From NCBI GenBank assembly GCA_910589275.1, contig CAJUTH010000008.1, positions 2,549 to 66,548 on the forward strand: DNA of 64,000 nucleotides, given 5' to 3'. The translations under genes were made by a program, and so were the position numbers. Origin of the DNA: an uncultured Dorea sp. GTDB taxonomy: Bacteria; Bacillota; Clostridia; Lachnospirales; Lachnospiraceae. Shown here piece by piece: positions 1 to 9,582 of this stretch. The notes beneath the pieces are model-generated. The model worked only from the letters and a program-made list of their open reading frames with translations. It was not told where the DNA came from and did not search any database. The stretch's first letter is position 1; each line of letters begins with the position of its first letter.

Positions 1-800
1 CTATTTTGGGGAATCATTGAATTTAATAGTAAAATCCATCCGTCGTCTGATTTAACATAAAATTTAGCAAAAGAAGAAGAGATATTATTGGACGCGTTTT
101 TAATTGTAAATGTGATGTCTTCTCCAATATTGAAGGAAAAGTTATTCCTACATAAAACTTTATTCAATTTTCTATTGACTTTTTATTTGCAGGCTGTTTT
201 GCTTTGCCGCTGCTCAATTCGCTTTCTCCGCATTTTTTAATTACTGCGTCTATTAGAGAATCAATATTTAAATTTTCTGCAAATTCCTTCTGTATTTCCG
301 GTGTAATTAATGAATTTAGTTCTCGTTGTTCGTTAATCTAATTATTGAGGTTTCCAAGGGTCTCTTTTTCCATTTCTGTTTTCTTATTTTCTGAGTCCAT
401 TAATTCAGAAAGTTTATAAGCTGTGATGGAGTTCGAATTGTTTTGAATTTTTGAGAGGTTTTCTGCCTTTCTATATTCAACAATATCATGAATCTGCTCC
501 ATCAATGCATTGAATAAACCCTGTGTTTCTAATAACTTACTTTTGGGAGTTGAGATAGAAGAGATACTGCCGTATATAATACTGTTTATTAAAGACAGAA
601 CATCCGGATCGTTGATTACGGAGTTATAGATGTCTTCATTTTTATTAAATTCAAGTCCGTCAATTAGGTTTTTTGCAACAGCGATCATTTTTCCGATTTT
701 AGGAATGTCGGTATATTTATCGATTTATTTTCTTTGGCATAACTGTTAATCTGCATGCCCGCATATGTAATTGTAGGCAGTAAGACAACAGTCCATAAAG
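1..800 (-). pseudogene. Decayed AT-rich coding sequence of unknown function; runs off the left edge, upstream limit approximate
   Basis: ORF 338-688 ends in TAG (338-340), but the same frame continues protein-like (INEQRELNSLITPEIQKEFAENLNIDSLIDAVIKK...) to TGA at 164-166. Another frame is open from about 183 to the window edge, and there are in-frame stops upstream of 688. Confidence 0.5.
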
Positions 801-803
801 GCG

Positions 804-1148
804 TTGTTGAAAGAATTATTGTTGAAACGAAGAAGTAATAAGAGAAATCAGAAAGGATTGTTATTTGATGAGATTGATAAAGACGGAAGCACCAAGGACA
901 AGCAGGTGATAGCTGATAAATTAAATATGCTTGAAACACTGATGTTTGAGTTTTTGCGGTTATTGCATGAAGAAAATCGGTTATCGTTGTTAGCAATGGT
1001 TGCTTATTCATACAAAGAAGATGTTGACTTAGAAAAGTGGCTGTTTAGATATGCACAGAATAATCAGACATATCTTGCTGATCAGAGGAAGAACTTTATA
1101 TATATGAAAAAAGATTTTGAAAGATTAATTAAACATGGGCGAGGGTGA
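804..1148 (+). pseudogene. Hypothetical protein, probably a C-terminal remnant
   Basis: AT-rich 114-aa ORF with a TTG start and no clear RBS, ending 14 nt from the tRNA 3' end. Confidence 0.4.
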
Positions 1149-1162
1149 AGGGCAATAAAAAA

Positions 1163-1235
1163 TGGAGATAGCGAGACTCGAACTCGTGACCTATACGTTG
1201 CGAACGTATCGCTCTCCCAACTGAGCTATATCCCC
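1163..1235 (-). tRNA. tRNA-Ala(CGC), CCA not encoded
   Basis: Reverse complement GGGGATATAGCTCAGTTGGGAGAGCGATACGTTCGCAACGTATAGGTCACGAGTTCGAGTCTCGCTATCTCCA forms a cloverleaf with anticodon loop TT-CGC-AA, the G3:U70 alanine identity pair and a GTTCGA T-loop. Confidence 0.97.
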
Positions 1236-1382
1236 ATACAGTTATTATAGCATTATTATTGCAAAATACAAGTAGTGAAAATAACAAATTCTTGTGCATG
1301 AAGCCCGGATATTGTGTATAATAGAGATAAGTTCAGGAGTACCGGTGAAACCGGATAAATATATGAATACAGGGAGGGAATC

Positions 1383-2885
1383 ATGTTAGAGAAACTGGAT
1401 CTGACAAAAAAGATGGACAAGGCGGAGTACAAGAAAAAGATGGAGAAGCTGGAGCCGAAGCTTGGCAAGCTCCAGAGAGAATGCAGGGAGCAGGGGATCC
1501 CGGTTATGATTGCATTTGAGGGATATGGGGCGTCCGGCAAAGGCGTTCAGATCGGGGAACTGATCAAAGCGCTTGACCCAAGAGGATTTGAGGTTTATGC
1601 GGTCAAGAACGAGACGGAAGAGGAAAAGATGTATCCATTTATGTGGAGATTCTGGACGAAGCTTCCAGCCAACGGCCGGATTGCGATTTATGACAGTAGC
1701 TGGTACCGAAGGGTGCTGGCTGACAGGTTTGATAAGAAGGTAAAGAAGGGGGAGCTTGGGGATGCTTACCGTTCGATCTGTTCTTTTGAGGAACAGCTTA
1801 CTTCCAGCGGCATGGTGATGATTAAAATCTTTCTTGCGATTGATAAGAAAGAACAGAAAAAACGGTTTGATAAGCTGCTTGCTTCAGAAGAAACGGCATG
1901 GCGGGTAAGCAGAGATGATCTGAAGAGGCATAAGAATTTTGAAAAATATGAAAAGCTTCACGAGGAGATGCTGACCCGCACGGATACGGATTACGCGCCG
2001 TGGAATATCGTAGAGGCGGTAGACCGCAGGTACGCGACGGCCAAGGTCTTTGCGATCGTGGTCAGGATACTGGAAGAGAAGCTAAGGGAAGCGAAAAGGC
2101 AGAAGAAGGCGGCCAAAGAAGCAAACAAGCAGCCCGCTCCGGCTCTGTCACATGAGAGGCTGAAGGAATCGATCCTTGGAAAGACGGATCTTAGCCTTTC
2201 CTATACGAAGGAAGAGTATAAGAAGAAGCTTGACAGGCTTCAGAAGAAGATGGAGAAGCTTCACGGCGAGCTGTACCGCAGGAGGATTCCGGTGGTTCTC
2301 GGATTTGAGGGCTGGGATGCCGGCGGCAAGGGAGGCGCGATTAAGCGTCTGACGGAGCGGATGGACCCAAGGGGATATGTGGTGCATCCTACGGCGTCGC
2401 CCAACGATATTGAGAGGGCGCATCATTATCTCTGGAGATTCTGGACCGATATGCCGAAGGCAGGGCATGTGACAATCTTTGACCGGACTTGGTACGGAAG
2501 AGTGATGGTGGAGAGGATTGAGGGCTTTTGCACGAGACAGGAATGGCAGAGGGCTTATAAAGAGATGAACGATATGGAGAAGGATCTGACGGATTCCGGA
2601 GCGGTCGTATTGAAGTTCTGGATGCAGATCGATAAGGATGAGCAGGCAAGACGGTTTAAGGCAAGGCAGGAGAATCCGGAGAAGCAGTGGAAGATTACCG
2701 ATGAAGATTGGCGCAACAGGGAAAAGTGGGACCAGTATGAGGAAGCGGTGGACGAGATGCTGATCCGGACTTCCACGCCGAACGCGCCTTGGATCGTTGT
2801 GGAGGGCAATGATAAGTATTATGCAAGGATTAAGGTGTTAGAGACGGTTGTGAAAGCCATCGAGGAACGGCTGAAAAAGGCGTAA
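1383..2885 (+). CDS. pap: Polyphosphate:AMP phosphotransferase (two-domain PPK2 family)
   Basis: Two tandem PPK2 domains: FEGYGASGKG (N-terminal), and FEGWDAGGKG, FDRTWYGR and WKITDEDW (C-terminal); GGAGG RBS. Confidence 0.92.
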   Translation: MLEKLDLTKKMDKAEYKKKMEKLEPKLGKLQRECREQGIPVMIAFEGYGASGKGVQIGELIKALDPRGFEVYAVKNETEEEKMYPFMWRFWTKLPANGRIAIYDSSWYRRVLADRFDKKVKKGELGDAYRSICSFEEQLTSSGMVMIKIFLAIDKKEQKKRFDKLLASEETAWRVSRDDLKRHKNFEKYEKLHEEMLTRTDTDYAPWNIVEAVDRRYATAKVFAIVVRILEEKLREAKRQKKAAKEANKQPAPALSHERLKESILGKTDLSLSYTKEEYKKKLDRLQKKMEKLHGELYRRRIPVVLGFEGWDAGGKGGAIKRLTERMDPRGYVVHPTASPNDIERAHHYLWRFWTDMPKAGHVTIFDRTWYGRVMVERIEGFCTRQEWQRAYKEMNDMEKDLTDSGAVVLKFWMQIDKDEQARRFKARQENPEKQWKITDEDWRNREKWDQYEEAVDEMLIRTSTPNAPWIVVEGNDKYYARIKVLETVVKAIEERLKKA

Positions 2886-2905
2886 GCCTTAGAAGGCATA
2901 TCCTG

Positions 2906-2947
2906 AAAAGGAGGATGTCAATCTGCTTGATATCCTCTTTTATTTTC
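2906..2947 (+). terminator. Intrinsic terminator after pap
   Basis: GAGGATGTCAA/TTGATATCCTC stem followed by a T-rich tail. Confidence 0.7.
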
Positions 2948-3093
2948 GGATAATTTTTGGATATTTTTTTCAGGAAAAAAGCGTTTTGAGATATGGAAAA
3001 AACAGGAATGATATGATACTATAGGATACGGTATGCGGAATAAAATTCCGATAATCGATAACGAATAGAATCTTTTCAGGAGAGGACAGGCAT

Positions 3094-5298
3094 ATGAAAT
3101 ATATTACATATCATGAAGAGTCAAAAGTATTTGTTTTAAGAACGAAGAACAGTATGTATCAGATGCAGATTATTGATTATAACACGTTGGTTCATTTGTA
3201 TTATGGGGCGAATGTGGGCGATACGGAGATTACGCACAGGCTGATGTTTCTGGATCGGGGATTTTCGGGAAATCCCTATGAGGCGGGAGAGGATAGAACG
3301 TTTTCCTATGATGTGCTTCCTCAGGAGTATTCCGGATATGGCAACGGAGACTACCGTATCAACAGTCTGGAGGTGGAGCATGAGGACGGAAGCGACGCGG
3401 TCCATCTGCAGTATGAGTCCCATCGAATGTACGAAGGGAAATATTCGCTTCACGGCCTTCCCTGTATGTACGGGAATGAGGAGGAAGCGGAGACGCTGGA
3501 GATTACGCTGTATGACCGCATCAGCGATCTGAGGGTACATCTGCTCTACGGCGTGTTCCCGAAACTGGATGTGATTACAAGGGCGGTGCGGATGGAGAAT
3601 CTGGGGGAAAAGCAGGTGAAGATTCAGCGCGCGATGTCTATGGAGATGGATTATCCGAACCGCCATATGGATTTTATACATTTTTATGGAAGGCATACGA
3701 TGGAACGTCTGATGGAGAGGCTTCCGCTTCATCACGGAGTACAGTCTGTGGAGAGCAAGAGGGGCATGTCCAGCCATCAGCATAACCCGTTTGTGATTCT
3801 ATGTGACAAGAGTACTACGGAGACCCATGGGGAATGCTATGGGTATGCGCTGGCGTACAGCGGAAACCACCGCTGTGAGATTGAAGTAGATCAGATGGAA
3901 CAGACAAGGGTTGTCATGGGCATTCATCCCTACCATTTTTCTTATCGCTTGAATCAGGGAGATACCTTTGAGACGCCGGAGGTGATTATCGCCTATTCCC
4001 GCGAAGGGCTTGGCAAACTCTCGCGCATTTACCACGATGCCTACCGTTCTAATCTGATACGCAGTAAGTATGTGGATCAGTCCAGACCGATCCTGGTCAA
4101 TAACTGGGAGGCGACTTATTTTGATTTTAATGAAGAGAAATTGTTTGAGATCGCCAAGACAGCGAAGGAGATCGGACTGGACATGTTTGTCATGGATGAC
4201 GGATGGTTTGGCAATCGGAATTCGGATTATACCAGTCTCGGAGACTGGGAGGTCAACGAAAAGAAGTTAAGGGGCGGCCTTCCGAAGCTGGTAGAGCGGA
4301 TTAATGGAATCGGGATGAAGTTCGGTTTGTGGATTGAGCCGGAGATGATTTCAGAGGACAGCAAGCTTTACAAGGAGCATCCGGACTGGGTGCTTCGGAT
4401 TCCCGGAAGGAGGATGACCAGAAGCCGCCATCAGTTGAATCTGGATATTACCCGCAAAGAAGTCAGAGACTATATTATGGAGAAGATTTTCCGGGTTTTG
4501 GATAGCTGTAAGGTGGACTATGTAAAATGGGATATGAACAGGGCCGTGGATAATGTATATTCGGCGGCGCTTCCGGCCGAGCGTCAGGGAGAGGTGTTCC
4601 ACAGGTATGTGATGGGCGTTTACGAGATGATGGACCGTCTGGTTACCAGATATCCGGATCTGTTATTTGAGAACTGTGCGGGCGGAGGCGGCAGGTTTGA
4701 TGCAGGAATGCTGTACTATTCGCCGCAGATCTGGTGCAGTGATAATACGGATGCGATTGACAGGCTGAGGATTCAGTACGGCACTTCCTTTGGCTATCCC
4801 ATCGGAGCGATGGGGGCGCATGTCAGCGTGTGCCCGAACCATGGAACCGGTCGGACGACGCCCTTTGACACACGGGCAGTTGTGGCAAGCGCGGGCACTT
4901 TCGGGTATGAGTTGGATCTTGCTAAGCTGTCGGAGGAGGAGAAGGAAGCGGCTAAGAGACATATCAGCGAGTATAAGGAGATGGAACTTTTAGTTTTAAA
5001 CGGCGATTATTACCGTTTGACGAATCCATACCGGAACCATGAGTATGTGCTGTGGCAGTTTGTTTCGAAGGATAAGCGGGAGACGGTTGTAAACGGAGTT
5101 ATGCTGCGCAATGAATCCAATCCCCATATCCATCTGGTTTATCTAGAAGGCCTTCTTCCGGAGAAGCATTACAGGGATGCAGGAACCGGGGCTGTCTATA
5201 CCGGCGCGGCGCTTATGTATGCGGGAGTCCCGCTGCCTGTGGGCATGGGGGATTACCAGCCGCTGAAATTTAAATTCTGTATGATAGATGAAGGATAG
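3094..5298 (+). CDS. Alpha-galactosidase (GH36)
   Basis: Motifs NNWEATYFDF, MDDGWFG, FGLWIEPEM, YVKWDMNR, CAGGGGRFD and WCSDNTD. Confidence 0.95.
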   Translation: MKYITYHEESKVFVLRTKNSMYQMQIIDYNTLVHLYYGANVGDTEITHRLMFLDRGFSGNPYEAGEDRTFSYDVLPQEYSGYGNGDYRINSLEVEHEDGSDAVHLQYESHRMYEGKYSLHGLPCMYGNEEEAETLEITLYDRISDLRVHLLYGVFPKLDVITRAVRMENLGEKQVKIQRAMSMEMDYPNRHMDFIHFYGRHTMERLMERLPLHHGVQSVESKRGMSSHQHNPFVILCDKSTTETHGECYGYALAYSGNHRCEIEVDQMEQTRVVMGIHPYHFSYRLNQGDTFETPEVIIAYSREGLGKLSRIYHDAYRSNLIRSKYVDQSRPILVNNWEATYFDFNEEKLFEIAKTAKEIGLDMFVMDDGWFGNRNSDYTSLGDWEVNEKKLRGGLPKLVERINGIGMKFGLWIEPEMISEDSKLYKEHPDWVLRIPGRRMTRSRHQLNLDITRKEVRDYIMEKIFRVLDSCKVDYVKWDMNRAVDNVYSAALPAERQGEVFHRYVMGVYEMMDRLVTRYPDLLFENCAGGGGRFDAGMLYYSPQIWCSDNTDAIDRLRIQYGTSFGYPIGAMGAHVSVCPNHGTGRTTPFDTRAVVASAGTFGYELDLAKLSEEEKEAAKRHISEYKEMELLVLNGDYYRLTNPYRNHEYVLWQFVSKDKRETVVNGVMLRNESNPHIHLVYLEGLLPEKHYRDAGTGAVYTGAALMYAGVPLPVGMGDYQPLKFKFCMIDEG

Positions 5299-5309
5299 GG
5301 AATGATAGG

Positions 5310-6494
5310 ATGATATCGGAACGAGTACAGCGGATCCGTCCCTCAAAGACGGTTGAACTTACCAGCAGGGTAGCCGAATTAAAACAGCAGGGCAAAAGCC
5401 TGATCAGTTTCAATGTGGGAGAGCCGGATTTCCCGACTCCGGAGCATATCTGCCGGGCGGCAGAGGAGGCCATGAGGCGGGGCTTTACTAAATATACGCC
5501 CGTTATGGGTATTTTAGAGCTCAGAGAGGCAATCAGTGAAAAACTGGAGCGGGAGAATCATGTGCGCTATTTGGCAGATGAGATTACGATCGGAGCGGGC
5601 GCGAAACAGTGTCTTCTTGCCGCTCTACTTGCAGTCTGTAATCCGGGGGATGAGGTGCTCATCCCTTATCCCTGCTGGGTGACCTATCCGGAGCTTGTGA
5701 AGCTTACGGACGGAGAGCCTGTGATGGTTCCCTGCAGGGAAGATTTCGCGCTGGATGTTTCGGCGATCCGCCGGGCGGTAACAAAGCGCACGAAGGCGGT
5801 TATGATCAACACGCCGAATAATCCCACCGGAGCCGTCTATGACCGAAGTTCTCTGGAGGAACTGGCGGCATTGGCGGTGGAATATGATTTTTATATCATA
5901 TCGGATGAGGTTTATGAGAAGTTTATCTATAGCGGCAGGGAGCATGTTTCGCCGGCTTCTTTTTCGGAGGAGGTAAAGAGACATACCATTCTTATCAATA
6001 GTATGTCCAAAGCCTATGCTATGACGGGATGGAGAATCGGTTATATGGCGGCTGACAGAGAGGTGATCAGAGCGGCGAATGTGCTTCAGGGGCAGATCCT
6101 CTCCTGCGTGCAGTCCCTGTCGCAGAAGGCGGCTGTGGCGGCCCTTACCGGAACGCAGGAACCGCTGCAGCATATGATCCGTGAATTTGAAAGCCGGAGA
6201 GATTATATGAGAGAGCGTCTGAATCAGATGCCGGGTATTTCCTGCATGGACGCTATGGGAGCGTTTTACCTGCTGGCGGACGTGAAGGGCTGCTATGGGA
6301 AAAGCACCGGGAAGGGCGTCATAGAGGATGACGGACAGGTGGCGAAATACCTGCTTTTGGAGGCGGGGATCGCGGCAGTTCCAGGAAGCGCCTTTTTTGC
6401 GCCGGGGTATCTGAGGTTTTCCTACAGCAATTCTATGGAGCTGATTGCAAAGGGAATGGAGCAGATGGAGCAGGCGTTATGGAAGCTGTCGTAA
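5310..6494 (+). CDS. PLP-dependent aminotransferase class I (aspartate aminotransferase-like)
   Basis: GEPDF, NTPNNPTG, SDEVY and SMSKAYAMTGWRIG (PLP lysine). Confidence 0.92.
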   Translation: MISERVQRIRPSKTVELTSRVAELKQQGKSLISFNVGEPDFPTPEHICRAAEEAMRRGFTKYTPVMGILELREAISEKLERENHVRYLADEITIGAGAKQCLLAALLAVCNPGDEVLIPYPCWVTYPELVKLTDGEPVMVPCREDFALDVSAIRRAVTKRTKAVMINTPNNPTGAVYDRSSLEELAALAVEYDFYIISDEVYEKFIYSGREHVSPASFSEEVKRHTILINSMSKAYAMTGWRIGYMAADREVIRAANVLQGQILSCVQSLSQKAAVAALTGTQEPLQHMIREFESRRDYMRERLNQMPGISCMDAMGAFYLLADVKGCYGKSTGKGVIEDDGQVAKYLLLEAGIAAVPGSAFFAPGYLRFSYSNSMELIAKGMEQMEQALWKLS

Positions 6495-6522
6495 GGCTGT
6501 GATTTTATATGGAGAAGATACA

Positions 6523-7461
6523 ATGAAGTATTATTTTGCGCCGATGGAAGGCATTACAGGGTATCTGTACCGTAATGCGTTCCATTCTTTTTTCCCGGAT
6601 ATCGATAAATATTTTACAGCGTTTCTTGCACCGAATGAGAAGGGAAAGTTAAACAGCAGAGAGAAAAATGATATTCTGCCGGAGCACAATGAGGGGATTT
6701 ATCTGGTTCCCCAGATCATGACGAACCGGGCGGACTGTTTTCTTGCGGGGGAGAGGACCCTAAGGGGCTATGGGTATAGGGAGATTAACCTGAATCTGGG
6801 CTGTCCGTCAAAGACCGTGGTTTCCAAATGCAGAGGGGCTGGATTTCTTGCAAAGCCGGAGGAACTGGATCATTTTCTGGAAGAGGTGTTTGCGCATACG
6901 GCGTGCGAGATATCCATAAAGACCAGAATCGGCAGGGATGACCCGGAGGAATTTCCGCGGCTTTTGGAGATTTATAACAAATATCCGTTAAAAGAGCTGA
7001 TCATTCATCCGCGCACCCAGAAGGAATTTTACAGGGGGATTCCCCATCAGGACGTATTTGCCTACGGAGAACTGCACAGTAAAAACACGGTGTGTTATAA
7101 CGGGGATATTGACAGTCCGGAGGCGTATGAGGCATGGGCCGGGAAATTCCCGGAGGCGGACCGGGTCATGATCGGAAGGGGACTTCTTACAAATCCCGGT
7201 CTTGCCGGGGTCTTAAAGGGCGGGGCCGCGCCGGAAAAGGAGAGGATCCGCAGATTCCACGACGCAGTTTATGGAGCCTACAAAGAAGAGATGCCGGGCA
7301 GCAGGGTGGTTCTGTTCAAAATGAAGGAGCTGTGGGTCTATCTGATCGGCCTGTTTGAGGATTCGTCTAAATACGGCAAACGGATCCGAAAGGCGCAGAA
7401 GCTTCCGGCCTATGAGGATGCGGTGCGGGATTTATTTGCCGAACGGGAAATGATATCATAG
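6523..7461 (+). CDS. dus: tRNA-dihydrouridine synthase family protein
   Basis: APMEG N-terminus, NLNLGCPS, IHPRT, YNGDI and MIGRG; start moved to ATG 6523 behind GGAG. Confidence 0.88.
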   Translation: MKYYFAPMEGITGYLYRNAFHSFFPDIDKYFTAFLAPNEKGKLNSREKNDILPEHNEGIYLVPQIMTNRADCFLAGERTLRGYGYREINLNLGCPSKTVVSKCRGAGFLAKPEELDHFLEEVFAHTACEISIKTRIGRDDPEEFPRLLEIYNKYPLKELIIHPRTQKEFYRGIPHQDVFAYGELHSKNTVCYNGDIDSPEAYEAWAGKFPEADRVMIGRGLLTNPGLAGVLKGGAAPEKERIRRFHDAVYGAYKEEMPGSRVVLFKMKELWVYLIGLFEDSSKYGKRIRKAQKLPAYEDAVRDLFAEREMIS

Positions 7462-7537
7462 CTGTTCATTCTGTTTGATGTGTGGTATAATATATTCGTT
7501 ACAGAACTGTCAGTCAGAATCGCGTTACTAAGGAGGA

Positions 7538-8029
7538 ATGGCTATGAAACTAGTGATTACTATGAGCAGGCGGTATGGGACGGGTGCAAGTCAGATTGCG
7601 AAGGAGCTCTCAGAGAAGCTTCAGATTCCGGTCTATGACAAGGCGATCGTGCAGGAGCGGACCGAGGGGGACAGCTATGAATCGGAGGCTGCTGTTATCA
7701 GGGAATTAGCGGAAGAACCCTGCATCATTCTTGGACGATGCGCCTCAGAGATTTTAAAAGACAGGAGAAATGTGTTCAACATCTATATATGCGCGGAGAA
7801 GGAAGACCGGATCAAGCGTATTATGGAGCTTGAGAACGTTTCCTATGAGGAAGCGCAGGCGAGGATGAAGCAGACGGACAGGGAACGGTCTGCGTATTAT
7901 CACGAGCATACCGGGAAGGCGTGGGGCGATGTGAATAATTACCACATGATCTTGGATACCTCGGAGCTTGGGATCCATCGGTGCGCGGATATCCTGATCC
8001 GATATTTTGAGCGGAAAGAATTTATATAG
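7538..8029 (+). CDS. Cytidylate kinase-like family protein
   Basis: ITMSRRYGTGA P-loop-like segment, ILGRCA and YHMILDTS; AGGAGG RBS. Confidence 0.8.
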   Translation: MAMKLVITMSRRYGTGASQIAKELSEKLQIPVYDKAIVQERTEGDSYESEAAVIRELAEEPCIILGRCASEILKDRRNVFNIYICAEKEDRIKRIMELENVSYEEAQARMKQTDRERSAYYHEHTGKAWGDVNNYHMILDTSELGIHRCADILIRYFERKEFI

Positions 8030-8034
8030 ATAAA

Positions 8035-8063
8035 TTGTCCTTTGGCGGAACTTATGTTATACT
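8035..8063 (+). promoter_or_regulatory. Sigma-A-type promoter of pyrH-frr
   Basis: TTGTCC-N17-TATACT with an extended -10 TG. Confidence 0.6.
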
Positions 8064-8096
8064 GAAACCAGTTTATAAGAATAAGGAGCAGAACTT

Positions 8097-8792
8097 ATGA
8101 AGAGAGTATTACTGAAATTAAGCGGCGAAGCTCTTGCAGGGGATAAGAAGACAGGGTTTGACGAGGCTACCTGCATCGGTGTGGCCAGGCAGGTGAAGAA
8201 GCTGGCGGACGACGGGCTTCAGATTTCTGTGGTCACCGGGGGCGGTAATTTCTGGAGAGGCCGTACCAGCGAGACCATAGACCGGACGAAGGCAGATCAG
8301 ATCGGAATGCTTGCTACCGTGATGAACTGTATCTATGTGTCGGAGATTTTCCGCCATGTGGGGATGAAGACGGAAGTGTTTACGCCCTTTGTGTGCGGTG
8401 CGTTTACGTCTCTGTTTTCCAAGGACAGGGCCATAGAGGCGCTAAAGGAGGGAAAGGTGATCTTCTTTGCCGGAGGAACCGGTCATCCATACTTTTCTAC
8501 CGATACCGGGGCGGTTCTTCGGGCGATTGAGATTGAGGCAGACGCTATGCTGCTTGCTAAGGCGATTGACGGAATCTATGACAGTGATCCGAAGGTGAAT
8601 CCTAAGGCGCGGAAGTATGATGAGATTTCTATTCAGGAGATCATTGACAAGAAGCTTATGGCAGTAGATCTGACAGCGTCTATTCTGTGCATGGAGAATA
8701 GGATGCCAATGCTGGTATTTGGATTGAATGAAGAGAACAGTATTGTAGGTACCATGTCGGGAACATTTACAGGCACAAAGGTGACTGTTTAA
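8097..8792 (+). CDS. pyrH: Uridylate kinase
   Basis: RVLLKLSGEAL, GGGNFWRG and GTGHPYFSTD. Confidence 0.97.
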   Translation: MKRVLLKLSGEALAGDKKTGFDEATCIGVARQVKKLADDGLQISVVTGGGNFWRGRTSETIDRTKADQIGMLATVMNCIYVSEIFRHVGMKTEVFTPFVCGAFTSLFSKDRAIEALKEGKVIFFAGGTGHPYFSTDTGAVLRAIEIEADAMLLAKAIDGIYDSDPKVNPKARKYDEISIQEIIDKKLMAVDLTASILCMENRMPMLVFGLNEENSIVGTMSGTFTGTKVTV

Positions 8793-8810
8793 ATAAGGGA
8801 GGATATAGCG

Positions 8811-9362
8811 ATGAATGAAAGATTGCAGGTATACGAAGACAAGATGAAGAAGACTCTGGCCAGCCTTGAGTCGGAGCTGATGACGATCCGTGCGGGCCGT
8901 GCGAATCCGAATATTCTGAATAAGATTACGGTGGATTATTACGGAACGCCTACGCCGCTGCAGCAGGTGGGCAATATCTCGGTGCCGGAGGCGCGTATGA
9001 TTGTGATTCAGCCGTGGGAGAAGAGTATGATCAAGGCGGTTGAGAAGGCGATCAATATGTCGGATATCGGCATTAATCCTACCAATGACGGACAGGTAAT
9101 CCGGCTGGTATTTCCGGAGCTTACCGAGGACCGCAGAAAAGAGCTGGTGAAGGATGTAAAGAAAAAGGGCGAGCAGTCCAAGGTGGCAGTCAGGAATATC
9201 CGCCGGGACGGCAATGACAGCTTAAAGAAGTTAAAGGGCACCGATATTTCCGAGGATGAGATCAAGGATATGGAGACACAGCTTCAGAAGCTGACGGATA
9301 AGTATATCAAAGAGGTGGATAAGGCGGTTGAATCCAAGTCAAAAGAGGTTATGACGGTTTAG
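8811..9362 (+). CDS. frr: Ribosome recycling factor
   Basis: [18 protein letters not shown] and VRNIRRD; follows pyrH. Confidence 0.97.
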   Translation: MNERLQVYEDKMKKTLASLESELMTIRAGRANPNILNKITVDYYGTPTPLQQVGNISVPEARMIVIQPWEKSMIKAVEKAINMSDIGINPTNDGQVIRLVFPELTEDRRKELVKDVKKKGEQSKVAVRNIRRDGNDSLKKLKGTDISEDEIKDMETQLQKLTDKYIKEVDKAVESKSKEVMTV

Positions 9363-9458
9363 TCTGCGTACAGGTTACTGTTTGCGGCGGTTTCATAGAT
9401 GAGATGCATGGAGCCGGCAGAGAGGGATAAGAACCGGCAGTCCGTAAGGAGAAGAGAT

Positions 9459-9491
9459 ACAGGGATGGGACATAAAGTCCCGTCTCTGTTT
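9459..9491 (+). terminator. Hairpin terminator after frr
   Basis: ACAGGGATGGGAC-ATAAA-GTCCCGTCTCTGT stem (two G:U pairs) followed by TT. Confidence 0.55.
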
Positions 9492-9503
9492 GGCGTTGCC
9501 GGA

Positions 9504-9538
9504 CTAGTACATCAAAAACTTAATTTTCGATGTACTAG
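9504..9538. repeat. Intergenic palindrome, CTAGTAC family
   Basis: CTAGTACATC...TTAAT...GATGTACTAG; related copy at 44264-44311. Confidence 0.6.
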
Positions 9539-9582
9539 ATCAGTAAAGTTTATGGTATACTGCCGGTCAGGAGGGTTAGAAT

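Noticed and set aside
338..340. Programmed TAG readthrough (pyrrolysine or recoding)
   Set aside because: The same locus has other stops and a frame change, and TAG is a normal stop for many genes in the window.
1383..2100. Degenerate Walker A in the N-terminal PPK2 domain
   Set aside because: A diverged N-terminal domain is a known feature of two-domain PPK2/PAP enzymes.
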